From: an uncultured Actinomycetota bacterium | GTDB lineage: Bacteria > Actinomycetota > Actinomycetes > DATJPE01 | Assembly: GCA_963805505.1 (NCBI GenBank) | Contig: CAWDUP010000007.1 | Span: forward strand, 557,618 to 621,617 | Direction of reading: 5' to 3' | DNA: 64,000 nucleotides | Shown here: positions 1 to 16,176 of the stretch, piece by piece | Layout: each line of letters begins with the position of its first letter | Position numbering within the stretch: position 1 is the stretch's first letter | Made by a program: the position numbers and the translations under genes | Notes under the pieces: model-generated | Seen by the model: only the letters and a program-made list of their open reading frames with translations | What the model was told of the DNA's origin: nothing | Databases searched by the model: none

Positions 1-663
1 CATCTCGATGCGGCCGGCGGGGTCGAGTCGGGCCGCCTCGGGGGTGCCGGCGAGGGCCAAGGCCCGCTCGGGGCGACCGAGCCCCCGCTCACAGTCGGCC
101 ATCAACGGCAGGTGCACGTCCGAGCCACTCATCCGACGAGCCGCCCGAAGCTCGGACAAGGCCTGGGCCCAACGTCCGGTGGCATAGGCGGCCATGCCCA
201 GGGCCTCCCGGGCCACAGCCACCCGCGAGGCCAGCGCCTGGGCCTTCGCCGCGTGCTGGTAGGCGGTGTCCGGATCCTCGTCGAGCAACCGACCCGCCAT
301 CACCAGATGCTTGGCCACGTCGTCGGCCAGCGTTGCCGGGAGGGTGCGCAGCTCGGCGCGTGCCTCTCGATCGAGCATTTCTGGGGTGACGTCGGGGCTT
401 GGCTCGGGGGCGTACGGCACCTGCTTGCGCGGCCGTCCGTCATCGCTGCGCTCGGCGCGCCAGGCCGCCCCCGTTCGGCCGGTCGCGTTGGGCGAAGAAC
501 CTCCTCGCCCGCCTCTCGTCGATCCACCTCGGTCCGATCCACCTCGGTCCGATCCACCCCTCCCGGGTTTGCCGCCGCCGGGTTTGCCGCCGGCCGGACG
601 AGCCGGACCAGAGCCCGATCGCTTGCCTGGGTTGCTGCTCCCAGGCTTGTCGTCGTGAGCCAT
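1..663 (-). CDS. Partial CDS (3' end beyond window start): hypothetical protein with Gly/Arg-rich low-complexity N-terminus (GGSDRGGSDRGGS, GGKPGGGKPG) followed by an alpha-helical TPR-like region
   Basis: ATG at 661-663 (complement) follows an in-frame stop. Minus-strand translation is open to the window edge (MAHDDKPGSSNPGKRSG...LDREARAELRTLPATLADDVAKHL...). This frame is absent from the ORF track because it has no stop inside the window. The listed plus ORF 112..810 is the Arg-rich antisense artefact. Confidence 0.6.
   Translation of the reverse strand, partial: MAHDDKPGSSNPGKRSGSGPARPAGGKPGGGKPGRGGSDRGGSDRGGSTRGGRGGSSPNATGRTGAAWRAERSDDGRPRKQVPYAPEPSPDVTPEMLDREARAELRTLPATLADDVAKHLVMAGRLLDEDPDTAYQHAAKAQALASRVAVAREALGMAAYATGRWAQALSELRAARRMSGSDVHLPLMADCERGLGRPERALALAGTPEAARLDPAGRIEM
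521..594 (-). repeat. Two adjacent 15-bp tandem repeats (gatccacctcggtcc x2.5 at 521-560; gggtttgccgccgcc x2 at 565-594) inside the partial CDS
   Basis: Direct reading of the sequence. They encode the GGSDR and GGKPG repeats. Confidence 0.85.
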
Positions 664-784
664 GTCCTGCCTATCTGTCTTGGAGACCTGTGCGTCTCAG
701 TGGCCCGGTGGCCCCGGGGACCCAGCCTTGCTGATCTGGTGAAACTCTCGCTGGTCGGTCAACTATCGCCTCGACGAGCTAGCC

Positions 785-826
785 AGAAAAGCGAAGAGGG
801 CCACCCCTGACGGGATGACCCTCTTC
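785..826 (-). terminator. Putative rho-independent terminator of the rRNA operon
   Basis: Minus-strand GC-rich hairpin gaagagggtcatcccgtcaggggtggccctcttc followed by gcttttct, immediately 3' of the 5S rRNA. Confidence 0.45.
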
Positions 827-834
827 GAAAGAAT

Positions 835-953
835 GTCCGGCGGCGTCCTACTCTCCCACCCCGTAACCAGGGCAGTACCATCGGCGCTGAAGGGCTTAGC
901 TTCCGGGTTCGGAATGGAGCCGGGCGTTTCCCCTTCGCCATGACCGCCGAAAC
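835..953 (-). rRNA. rrf: 5S ribosomal RNA
   Basis: Reverse complement reads GTTTCGGCGGTCATGGCGAAGGGGAAACGCCCGGCTCCATTCCGAACCCGGAAGCTAAGCCCTTCAGCGCCGATGGTACTGCC...GGGAGAGTAGGACGCCGCCGGAC, a canonical actinobacterial 5S. Confidence 0.92.
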
Positions 954-1040
954 TCTATTGAGATGTCAGCCGATTCCCGACCGTATCTCGGGAACCACAC
1001 AGTGGACGCGTAGCATCCCCAACCTTAAAGGTTGGGAAAA

Positions 1041-4160
<3,120 letters not shown>

Positions 4161-4504
4161 AAAGATGCTCGCGTCCACTGTGTAGTTCTCAAGGTACGGG
4201 CGGAGAGCCGGCCCCGAACCACCGCGTACTCGAAGTCTCGAGTCGTCCGGTGGGGGTCGGTCCCGCAGAAGGTGAGCAAAGCCTGGATGTCCAGGACCTG
4301 GCCCGTTCCCTCAGGACCCAACAGCGTGCCTGGGCCGCCTCACTCACTTCCGCACTGTTCCTCCCGCCAAAGGCAGGTGTACTAGGTGTGGTCGCGGGTG
4401 CGACGGCCTACTGGTCAATGTTCCACCCTTGAGCACCATCTCAGGGACGAACGCCCTGAGCATGGTTTTGGACCGACCAGCGCGAGGCTGACCGGCCAAA
4501 TGCT

Positions 4505-6029
<1,525 letters not shown>

Positions 6030-6285
6030 ATGTCTTTGGGTGTGTCGGCAGAACCGGCACAAGACACGGAAAAGTGATACTGGCCTGAGCAGACGAGCTG
6101 ATCGTATTCGTCTGTCAAACCAAAAGGAATTCTGTCCCGAAGATGCGCACACAACGAATGTTGCGCCGCCTCCCTGCGGGGACAGGGTTGTTTGGCATTG
6201 ACTTTCGGCACGCTGTTGAGTTCTCAAGGAGCGGGCGCGCACCAAGACCGCGACCAATCGGTCCGGTTCTCGGGGCAACTGCTCA

Positions 6286-6314
6286 AATCTAGCGGAGCCG
6301 TACGAACCGGTCAA
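6286..6314 (-). promoter_or_regulatory. Candidate rRNA operon promoter (TTGACC-N17-TAGATT)
   Basis: The minus strand reads ggatTTGACCggttcgtacggctccgcTAGATTtgagcag about 255 nt upstream of the 16S 5' end. It has near-consensus -35/-10 elements with 17-nt spacing. Confidence 0.45.
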
Positions 6315-6574
6315 ATCCGATCCGTGACGGCATCCTCACCCCACGCGACTGATGTCCTCCCCCGGGGCGAGCCGGTGGAGGACGGGTCCTCGAAGAGTGG
6401 TCCGCGGGATCAGCTGCCGTCTCGGCCTCCGACTCCCTCGCGGGCAGGTGGAACAGTACGTGACGCGTGGACCGGGGAGCAAATCGGGTCTTCCACCGGA
6501 GTGTTTTCGCAGGTCACTGGGCGATCCGGACGATCCAAGCGACCCGGCCGACCGAGGCGACCCCGGGCCGATGG

Positions 6575-7879
6575 TCAGCCGCGGATCGCCCCGCCCATCG
6601 TCTTCTTGCCCCGTCGCAGCACGGCGTAACGCCCGTGCAGCCAGTCCCCGTCGGTCAGCGCAGCATCGATGTCCGTGATCCGTGCGTTGTTCAGATAGGC
6701 CCCGCCGTCCTCGATCGCCCGACGGGCCGCGGAGCGGGACACCACCAGGCCGCTGTCGGTCAGCAGATCGATGACTGTGGGCGAGGTCGCCGGGCTGACT
6801 TCGACGTGCGGAGCCTCGCGAAGCGCCGCTTCCAGCGTCTCCGGCCCAAGATCGGCTAGATCGCCTTGACCGAACAACGCTCGGCCGGCCGCTACGGCCT
6901 GGGCGCAGGCCACCTCGCCGTGCACCAGTGTCGTCAGCTCGTCGGCCAGCGCACGTTGCGCCTCGCGGGCAGCCGGTCGCTCGGCAGTGGCGGCCTCCAG
7001 GGCCTCGACCTCTGCCTTGGAGCGGAACGACAGGATCCTCAGGTACGACCCGATGTCCCGGTCGTCGCTGTTGAGCCAGTACTGGTGAAAGGCATACGGC
7101 GATGTCATCGTGGGGTCGAGCCACAAGGCGCCGCCCTCGGTCTTGCCGAACTTCGTCCCATCGGCGCGGGTCAGCAGCGGGGTGGCGAAGGAATGGACCG
7201 ACACGCCCTCGACGCGATGGATGAGGTCAAGGCCGGCCGTGAGGTTTCCCCACTGGTCACTGCCACCGAACTGCAGCGTGCAGCCGTGCCTGCGGTACAG
7301 CTCGAGGAAGTCGAGGCCTTGCAGGATCTGATAGCTGAACTCCGTGTAGGAGATGCCTTGCTCTGACGCGAGACGAGCCGCGACCGCGTCCTTCGTGATC
7401 ATCTTGTTGACCCGGAAGTGCTTGCCGATGTCGCGAAGGAACTCGATCGCCGAAAGCGGCGCGGTCCAATCGAGGTTGTTCACCAGCTCTGCGGCGTTGT
7501 CGCCCGAAAAACTCAGGAAAGGCGCTATCTGGGCCTTGATCCGCTCGACCCACCCAGCCACGACCTCCGGTGCGTTGAGGACGCGCTCCGCGGTCGGTCT
7601 CGGGTCGCCGATCAGCCCGGTCGAGCCGCCCACCAGTGCGAGTGGACGATGGCCGGCCCGCTGCAGCCTTCTTGCCGTGATGACCTGGACCAGATGTCCG
7701 TGATGCAGGCTCGGGGCCGAGGGGTCGAAGCCGACGTAGAACGTCACCGGCCCGGCCGCAAGCGCCGCGCGCAGCTCGGTCTCATCGGTCGACAGGGCGA
7801 GCAAGCCTCGCCACTGAAGCTCATCGAAGAGATCAGCGAACTCGGGCGCATCGGGCCGGGCTTGGGTCACGCGCAGCAT
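6575..7879 (-). CDS. tyrS: Tyrosine--tRNA ligase
   Basis: 434 aa with a HIGH motif (PSLHHGHLVQ) and a KMSKS-like motif (KFGKTEGG); class I TyrRS. Confidence 0.95.
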   Translation of the reverse strand: MLRVTQARPDAPEFADLFDELQWRGLLALSTDETELRAALAAGPVTFYVGFDPSAPSLHHGHLVQVITARRLQRAGHRPLALVGGSTGLIGDPRPTAERVLNAPEVVAGWVERIKAQIAPFLSFSGDNAAELVNNLDWTAPLSAIEFLRDIGKHFRVNKMITKDAVAARLASEQGISYTEFSYQILQGLDFLELYRRHGCTLQFGGSDQWGNLTAGLDLIHRVEGVSVHSFATPLLTRADGTKFGKTEGGALWLDPTMTSPYAFHQYWLNSDDRDIGSYLRILSFRSKAEVEALEAATAERPAAREAQRALADELTTLVHGEVACAQAVAAGRALFGQGDLADLGPETLEAALREAPHVEVSPATSPTVIDLLTDSGLVVSRSAARRAIEDGGAYLNNARITDIDAALTDGDWLHGRYAVLRRGKKTMGGAIRG

Positions 7880-7942
7880 CCTTCCCTACTCTTGCCCGAC
7901 ATCCATGGCGGGACGCATGCGACGGCATGGCAACCTGTCATC

Positions 7943-11196
<3,254 letters not shown>

Positions 11197-11200
<4 letters not shown>

Positions 11201-11754
11201 GGGGTATCTCCTTCTGCGGAATCTGCATGACGGCTTGCGCCGGGTCGGTCGGGAGGCGGTGCTCCGACCAGGTCGAGCAGCTGCTGGGCCACGGTGGCCC
11301 CGCCGGACGGGTCTCGGGTGACCATGAAGATCGTGTCGTCGCCGGCGACGGTGCCTATCACGTCGGGGACCACGGTGTGATCGATGGCGGATGCGAGGAA
11401 CTGCGCTGCCCCCGGTGGGGTTCGGAGCACGACCATGTTGGCGCTGGAGTCGACGCTGACCAACACGTCCTCACAGCGCCTGCGCAACCGTTCGACGGCC
11501 GACGCCTCGAGGACCGCCGCGCGCGCCGTCGGGTCTCCGCCCTCGCCCTGCACCGCGTAGACCAGCGAACCGTCCTCGGCGCGGACCTTCACCGCACCAA
11601 GCTCGTCGAGATCGCGTGACAGGGTGGCTTGCGTCACCTTGAGGCCGTCCTTGGCCAACAGCTCAACCAGGTCACCCTGTGATCGCACCGGTTCGCGCTC
11701 CAGCAAGTCGATGATCCGCTGGTGGCGGGCTGCCTTGGTCGGCAGGATCGTCAT
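11197..11754 (-). CDS. argR: Arginine repressor ArgR
   Basis: 185 aa, [53 protein letters not shown]..., with a winged-helix N-terminal domain and an Arg-binding C-terminal domain. The start ATG overlaps the argD stop (ATGA) and the stop overlaps the argG GTG start (GTGA). The 327-aa ORF-track extension upstream is spurious. Confidence 0.9.
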
Positions 11755-13049
11755 GACCGCACCGTGACGTCGGCAACGGTGGCCGCGTCCAAGATCCGGG
11801 GCAGCGCGGCGGTGAATCTGTCGACCTCGGCACCGGTGATGACCAGTGGAGGCGCCAGCCGGATGACATCGGCGCGTACGGCGTTGACCAGGTAACCCTC
11901 GTCGCGGGCGGCCGACTCGACGACAGCAGCCACGGGCTGGCTGAGCAGCAGCGCACGCCACAGTCCGCTGCCGCGGTGTCCCGCGACGAGCGGATGGACC
12001 AGCGCTGCCAGGGCGTCCGCCAGCCGGTCGCCGACACCGTTCACGTGGGCGAGCAGACCCTGGCGCTCGATCGTGTCGATGACGGCCAACGCGGCAGCGC
12101 ACGTCACTGGGTTGCCCCCGAACGTCGAGCCATGGTCGCCGGCGACGAACAGCTCGCCGGCCGCACCGATCCCGAGGCAAGCGCCAATGGGCAAACCGCC
12201 ACCAAGTCCTTTGGCCAAAGTGATGACGTCGGGCAGAACACCCTGCGCGGTAGAGGCAAACCAGTTGCCGGTGCGACCGATCCCGCTCTGGACCTCGTCG
12301 GCGACCAGGAGTGCTCCGACTCTGTCGCAGGCCGCTCGAGCCGCAGCGAGATACCCATCGGGTGGGACGATGACCCCACCTTCTCCCTGGATCGGCTCGA
12401 GAATCACGCCGGCCACGGTCTCGTCGATCGCGGCGGAGAGAGCCTCCGCGTCGCCGTAGGGCACGAAAGTCACCGGGCCGGGCAGCGGCTCGAAGGGCTC
12501 TCGTTTGGCCGGGATCCCGGTCACCGACAGGGCGCCCAGGCTGCGCCCGTGGAAGCCACCCTCGGCGGCGACGATCCGCAGCTTCGCGCCGGTCGGGTCG
12601 CTGGCCCAGCCGTGCTTGCGCACCAGTTTGAGCGCAGCTTCGTTGGCGCTCGCCCCGTCCTGACAGAAGAAGACGCGCGCCTCAGCGCCGCGGGCCTCGC
12701 GTTGTAGCAAGGCAACGAGGCGTTCGGCCAGCCGTACGCCTGGTTCGTGGATCGCCAGATTGCTCGTGTGGGCGAGCGTCGCGACCTGTTGACTCACCGC
12801 GTCCACCATCGCCGGGTGCGCGTGGCCGAGTGCGGAGACCGCAATGCCACCGACCAGATCGAGGTAGGCCCTCCCGTCCGCATCCCACACGGTGCAGCCG
12901 GACCCCCTGACCAGTGCCACCGACGGCGTCCCGTAGTTGGGCATCATCACCGAGTCCCAGCGCCGAGCCAGCCCCTGGTATGCCGTTGCGTCCGAGGCAG
13001 GGTGCGCTATAGCCCCCACTTGCTCGGACGCAAGTGACCGGGCTGTCAT
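11751..13049 (-). CDS. argD: Acetylornithine aminotransferase
   Basis: Class-III PLP aminotransferase (...[42 protein letters not shown]...). Its ATG overlaps the argB stop (ATGA), and the true start may be internal. Confidence 0.9.
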   Translation of the reverse strand: MTARSLASEQVGAIAHPASDATAYQGLARRWDSVMMPNYGTPSVALVRGSGCTVWDADGRAYLDLVGGIAVSALGHAHPAMVDAVSQQVATLAHTSNLAIHEPGVRLAERLVALLQREARGAEARVFFCQDGASANEAALKLVRKHGWASDPTGAKLRIVAAEGGFHGRSLGALSVTGIPAKREPFEPLPGPVTFVPYGDAEALSAAIDETVAGVILEPIQGEGGVIVPPDGYLAAARAACDRVGALLVADEVQSGIGRTGNWFASTAQGVLPDVITLAKGLGGGLPIGACLGIGAAGELFVAGDHGSTFGGNPVTCAAALAVIDTIERQGLLAHVNGVGDRLADALAALVHPLVAGHRGSGLWRALLLSQPVAAVVESAARDEGYLVNAVRADVIRLAPPLVITGAEVDRFTAALPRILDAATVADVTVRS

Positions 13050-13972
13050 GGCAGCACCATGGTTCCGACGCCGGCAGCGGTGAAGACCTCGAGGAGCAGG
13101 GCGTGCGGGACCCGCCCGTCGATCACATGGGCACGGGACACGCCCCCTTCGACAGCCTCCAGACAGGCCGTCATCTTTGGCACCATCCCGGTCGACAGGC
13201 CGGGAATCAGCTGGGCGAGCTCGGCTGCGGTGAGGCTGCTGATCACCTCGTCGCTGGCCGGCCAGTCGGCGTACAAACCCTCGACGTCAGTGAGGATCAC
13301 CAGCTTCTCGGCGTCCAAGGCCACGGCCAAGGCGGCCGCCGCCCCATCAGCGTTCACGTTGTAGACGTCCCTGCCCCCACCGCCCTCGCCGCGAGCGACA
13401 CTGCTCACCACCGGAATCAGCCCGTCGTCGAGGAGATTGGACACGAAGGTTGGTTGGACCTCGACCATGTCGCCGACCAGACCGATGTCGAGCTCCTCAC
13501 CGTCGAAGACCAACCCTTTGCGCTTCGCGGTGAACACGTGGGCGTCTTCGCCGGACAGGCCCACGGCGTGCGGTCCGTGCGCGTTGATCAGCCCCACGAC
13601 CTCTCGCTGAACCTGGCCCACCAGGACCATGCGGACGACGTCCATGGCCTCCGGGGTTGTCACGCGGTAGCCACCGCGAAACTCGCCCGGGATCCCCAGC
13701 CGGTCGAGCATCGCGGTGATCTGAGGACCACCACCGTGCACGACGACCACGCGGACCCCGCAGTACCGGAGGAACACGACGTCCTGGGCGAAAGAGCGCT
13801 TGAGCCCGTCGTCGGTCATAGCGTTGCCGCCGAGCTTCACCACAACCGTCCGGCCTCGAAACCGCTCGATCCACGGCAGGGCCTCGACCAGTATCTCCGC
13901 CTTGGCGAGGGCGTCAGCGTGTCGACTCATCTCGGGTCGCTCATGACGAATACGCCGAGTTCTCGTGGACAT
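13046..13972 (-). CDS. argB: Acetylglutamate kinase
   Basis: ...[29 protein letters not shown]... The alternative start at 13930 (MSRHADA...) would leave a 10-nt gap after argJ instead of a 32-nt overlap. Confidence 0.9.
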   Translation of the reverse strand: MSTRTRRIRHERPEMSRHADALAKAEILVEALPWIERFRGRTVVVKLGGNAMTDDGLKRSFAQDVVFLRYCGVRVVVVHGGGPQITAMLDRLGIPGEFRGGYRVTTPEAMDVVRMVLVGQVQREVVGLINAHGPHAVGLSGEDAHVFTAKRKGLVFDGEELDIGLVGDMVEVQPTFVSNLLDDGLIPVVSSVARGEGGGGRDVYNVNADGAAAALAVALDAEKLVILTDVEGLYADWPASDEVISSLTAAELAQLIPGLSTGMVPKMTACLEAVEGGVSRAHVIDGRVPHALLLEVFTAAGVGTMVLP

Positions 13973-15107
13973 AGTCGGCGGTCAGGTCGTTCGTCCACAC
14001 CGACGCCGATGCGTCACCCGCGTCGAGATCGATGGCCACGTGTACGTCCCTGCCCGTCAGGTCGACGAGGGCGCGGTCCTCCCCCGCGGCGCCACCGACA
14101 CAGACCTTGACGCCGTTGATCGCCACCGAAACCCGGTCCGGCTCGAAGTCGGCATGCGTCGTCCCGATCGCCGAAAGCACGCGACCCCAGTTGGGATCCT
14201 CGCCGTGGACGGCGCACTTGAACAAGTTGCTTCGAGCAACAGCGCGGCCGGCCTCCACCGCCTCGTCCTCGCTCGCGGCGCCGACGACCTCGATGCGGAT
14301 GTCCTTGCTCGACCCTTCAGCGTCGCGGATGAGCTGCTGGGCGAGGTCGGTGCACACCCGACCGACAGCCTCCGCCAACACCTCGACCCCCGGCTCGACC
14401 CCTGAGGCTCCGGATGCGAGCAGGAGGACTGTGTCGTTGGTCGACATGCAGCCGTCAGAGTCGATCCGCTCGAAACTCGTGCGAACGGCCCGGCGGAGGG
14501 CGTGGTCGAGCGTCGCTGCGTCGGCCACCGCATCGGTGGTCAGCACCACGAGCATCGTCGCCAGCCCGGGCGCGAGCATCCCCGCCCCCTTCGCCATTCC
14601 CCCGACCACGAAACCCTCTGCTGAGTCCCTGTCGCCGGCGGACTGCTTGGGAGTGGTGTCGGTAGTCATGATGGCCTCGGCAGCGAACTGACCGCCCTCG
14701 GGCGACAGAGCGTGCACCGCGGCAGTGACCCCGGGGAGCAGGTCGTGCATGGGTAGCCGAACACCGATCAGGCCGGTTGAGCAGACCCCCACCTCACCCG
14801 CGCCGCAACCGATCAGGTCAGCGACGTGCTCGGCTGTGGCATGGACGTCGGCGAAGCCCGACGGTCCGGTGCACGCGTTCGCACCGCCTGAGTTCAAGAT
14901 CACCGCCTTGAGCTCGCCGGAGCGCAGGACCTGCTGCGACCACAGCACTGGCGCGGCCTTGAACCGGTTGGTCGTAAACACCCCGGCAGCGGCTGCACCG
15001 GGACCGTCATTCACCACGAGCGCCACGTCGCGGCGAGCGTCCGACTTCAAGCCGGCGGCGACGCCGGCAGCCCGGAACCCGCGAGGCGCCGTCACGCCTG
15101 TGCTCAT
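13941..15107 (-). CDS. argJ: Bifunctional glutamate N-acetyltransferase / amino-acid acetyltransferase
   Basis: 388 aa from [23 protein letters not shown]... with the self-cleavage region ...MLVVLTTDA (ATML). Its ATG overlaps the argC stop (ATGA). The ORF-track upstream extension to 15761 is spurious. Confidence 0.9.
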   Translation of the reverse strand: MSTGVTAPRGFRAAGVAAGLKSDARRDVALVVNDGPGAAAAGVFTTNRFKAAPVLWSQQVLRSGELKAVILNSGGANACTGPSGFADVHATAEHVADLIGCGAGEVGVCSTGLIGVRLPMHDLLPGVTAAVHALSPEGGQFAAEAIMTTDTTPKQSAGDRDSAEGFVVGGMAKGAGMLAPGLATMLVVLTTDAVADAATLDHALRRAVRTSFERIDSDGCMSTNDTVLLLASGASGVEPGVEVLAEAVGRVCTDLAQQLIRDAEGSSKDIRIEVVGAASEDEAVEAGRAVARSNLFKCAVHGEDPNWGRVLSAIGTTHADFEPDRVSVAINGVKVCVGGAAGEDRALVDLTGRDVHVAIDLDAGDASASVWTNDLTADYVHENSAYSS

Positions 15108-16120
15108 GGCGCAGTGCCGTTCGCCGAGAGACCTGCTGCCTCGGGCAGCCCAAGCATCAGGTTGACGTTCTGGATGGCCTGCCCGGCAGCACCCTTCCCC
15201 AGGTTGTCGATGGCGCAGGTGACGATCACCCGGCCACTGTCGACATCGACCGCGGCCTGAAGGTGGGCCGCGTTGGAGCCGAGCGTGCTTGCCGTGCGGG
15301 GTTGGCGATGCTCTTCGAGCACGCTGACGAACGGCTCGTGGGCATAGGCCTCCGTCAGCACCCGGCGAGCGTCCTCCGCGGTCGTCAGCGGGTTGGTTGG
15401 ACGGGCCGTTACCGTGGCGAGGATTCCGCGCGGCATCGGGGCGAGCACCGGCGTGAGTGACATCGAGGTGGCACCGGTGGCCTGCTTGATCTCGGGAACG
15501 TGCTGATGGGCGCCGACCTTGTAGGCGCTCAGTCCACCGGCGACCTCGGCGGCGAGCAGATGCGGCTTGGCTGCGCGGCCAGCGCCTGAGGTGCCGCTTG
15601 CGGCCACCACGACCACGTCCTCGGGACAGACGACGCCTTGGTCGACGAGGGGGGCGAGAGCCAACGCCACAGCAGTCGCGTAGCAGCCCGGATTGGCGAC
15701 GCGCGTGCTGTCGGCGATCCGGAGGCGCTGTCCGGGCAGCTCTGGCAGCCCGTACGTCCACTGCCCCGCATGCTCACCGCCGTAGTAGTCGACCCAAGCG
15801 GCAGCATCGGCCAGTCTGAAGTCGGCGCCGAGGTCGACGACACGCTGACTACTGGGCAGCTGCGCCACCAGGTGAGCGGACTCTCCGTGCGGCATGGCGA
15901 GCAGCACAAGGTCGGCGTCCGCAAGCACCATCGCCTCGGTGGGATCGAAAGTCAGGTCGGCGAGCTCGCTCAGGTGCGGATGAACCTCGAGGACTGGCCG
16001 ACCGACGCTTGCGGCGGCGCACACCGCACCGAGCTCCAGGTCTGGGTGCGCCAGGACGAGCCGCAGCAGCTCACCACCCGCATACCCGCTCGCTCCAGCC
16101 ACCGACACCCGCAGACCCAT
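15104..16120 (-). CDS. argC: N-acetyl-gamma-glutamyl-phosphate reductase
   Basis: MGLRVSVAGASGYAGGELLRLVLAHPDLE... (NAD(P)-binding), with the catalytic Cys region (GCYATAVALAL). The alternative ATG at 16135 gives a 5-aa MYTCA extension. Confidence 0.9.
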   Translation of the reverse strand: MGLRVSVAGASGYAGGELLRLVLAHPDLELGAVCAAASVGRPVLEVHPHLSELADLTFDPTEAMVLADADLVLLAMPHGESAHLVAQLPSSQRVVDLGADFRLADAAAWVDYYGGEHAGQWTYGLPELPGQRLRIADSTRVANPGCYATAVALALAPLVDQGVVCPEDVVVVAASGTSGAGRAAKPHLLAAEVAGGLSAYKVGAHQHVPEIKQATGATSMSLTPVLAPMPRGILATVTARPTNPLTTAEDARRVLTEAYAHEPFVSVLEEHRQPRTASTLGSNAAHLQAAVDVDSGRVIVTCAIDNLGKGAAGQAIQNVNLMLGLPEAAGLSANGTAP

Positions 16121-16158
16121 GGCACATGTATACATGAGTCTGCAATTTCATGCATAAC
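16118..16158 (-). promoter_or_regulatory. Putative ArgR operator (two ARG boxes 3 bp apart) overlapping the argC start
   Basis: An AT-rich island in a 70% GC context. Minus-strand TATGCATGAAATTGCAGA matches the 18-bp TNTGAATWWWWATTCANW consensus at 12 of 16 positions. After a 3-bp spacer comes the perfect 12-bp palindrome CATGTATACATG. Confidence 0.5.
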
Positions 16159-16176
16159 CTTGCGACCGCCCGAGGG

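Noticed and set aside
112-810. 232-aa plus-strand ORF (and the 266..658, 399..734 and 300..557 ORFs) at the left edge
   Set aside because: These are Arg/Pro/Gly-rich reading frames with no motifs, typical antisense artefacts of high-GC DNA. The minus strand carries a clean open frame with a plausible start at 663 and protein-like composition.
7418-7942. Upstream part of the 391-aa plus ORF assigned to the DNA glycosylase
   Set aside because: It overlaps the divergent tyrS coding region and is Arg-rich nonsense. The conserved MPG N-terminus begins at the in-frame GTG at 7943.
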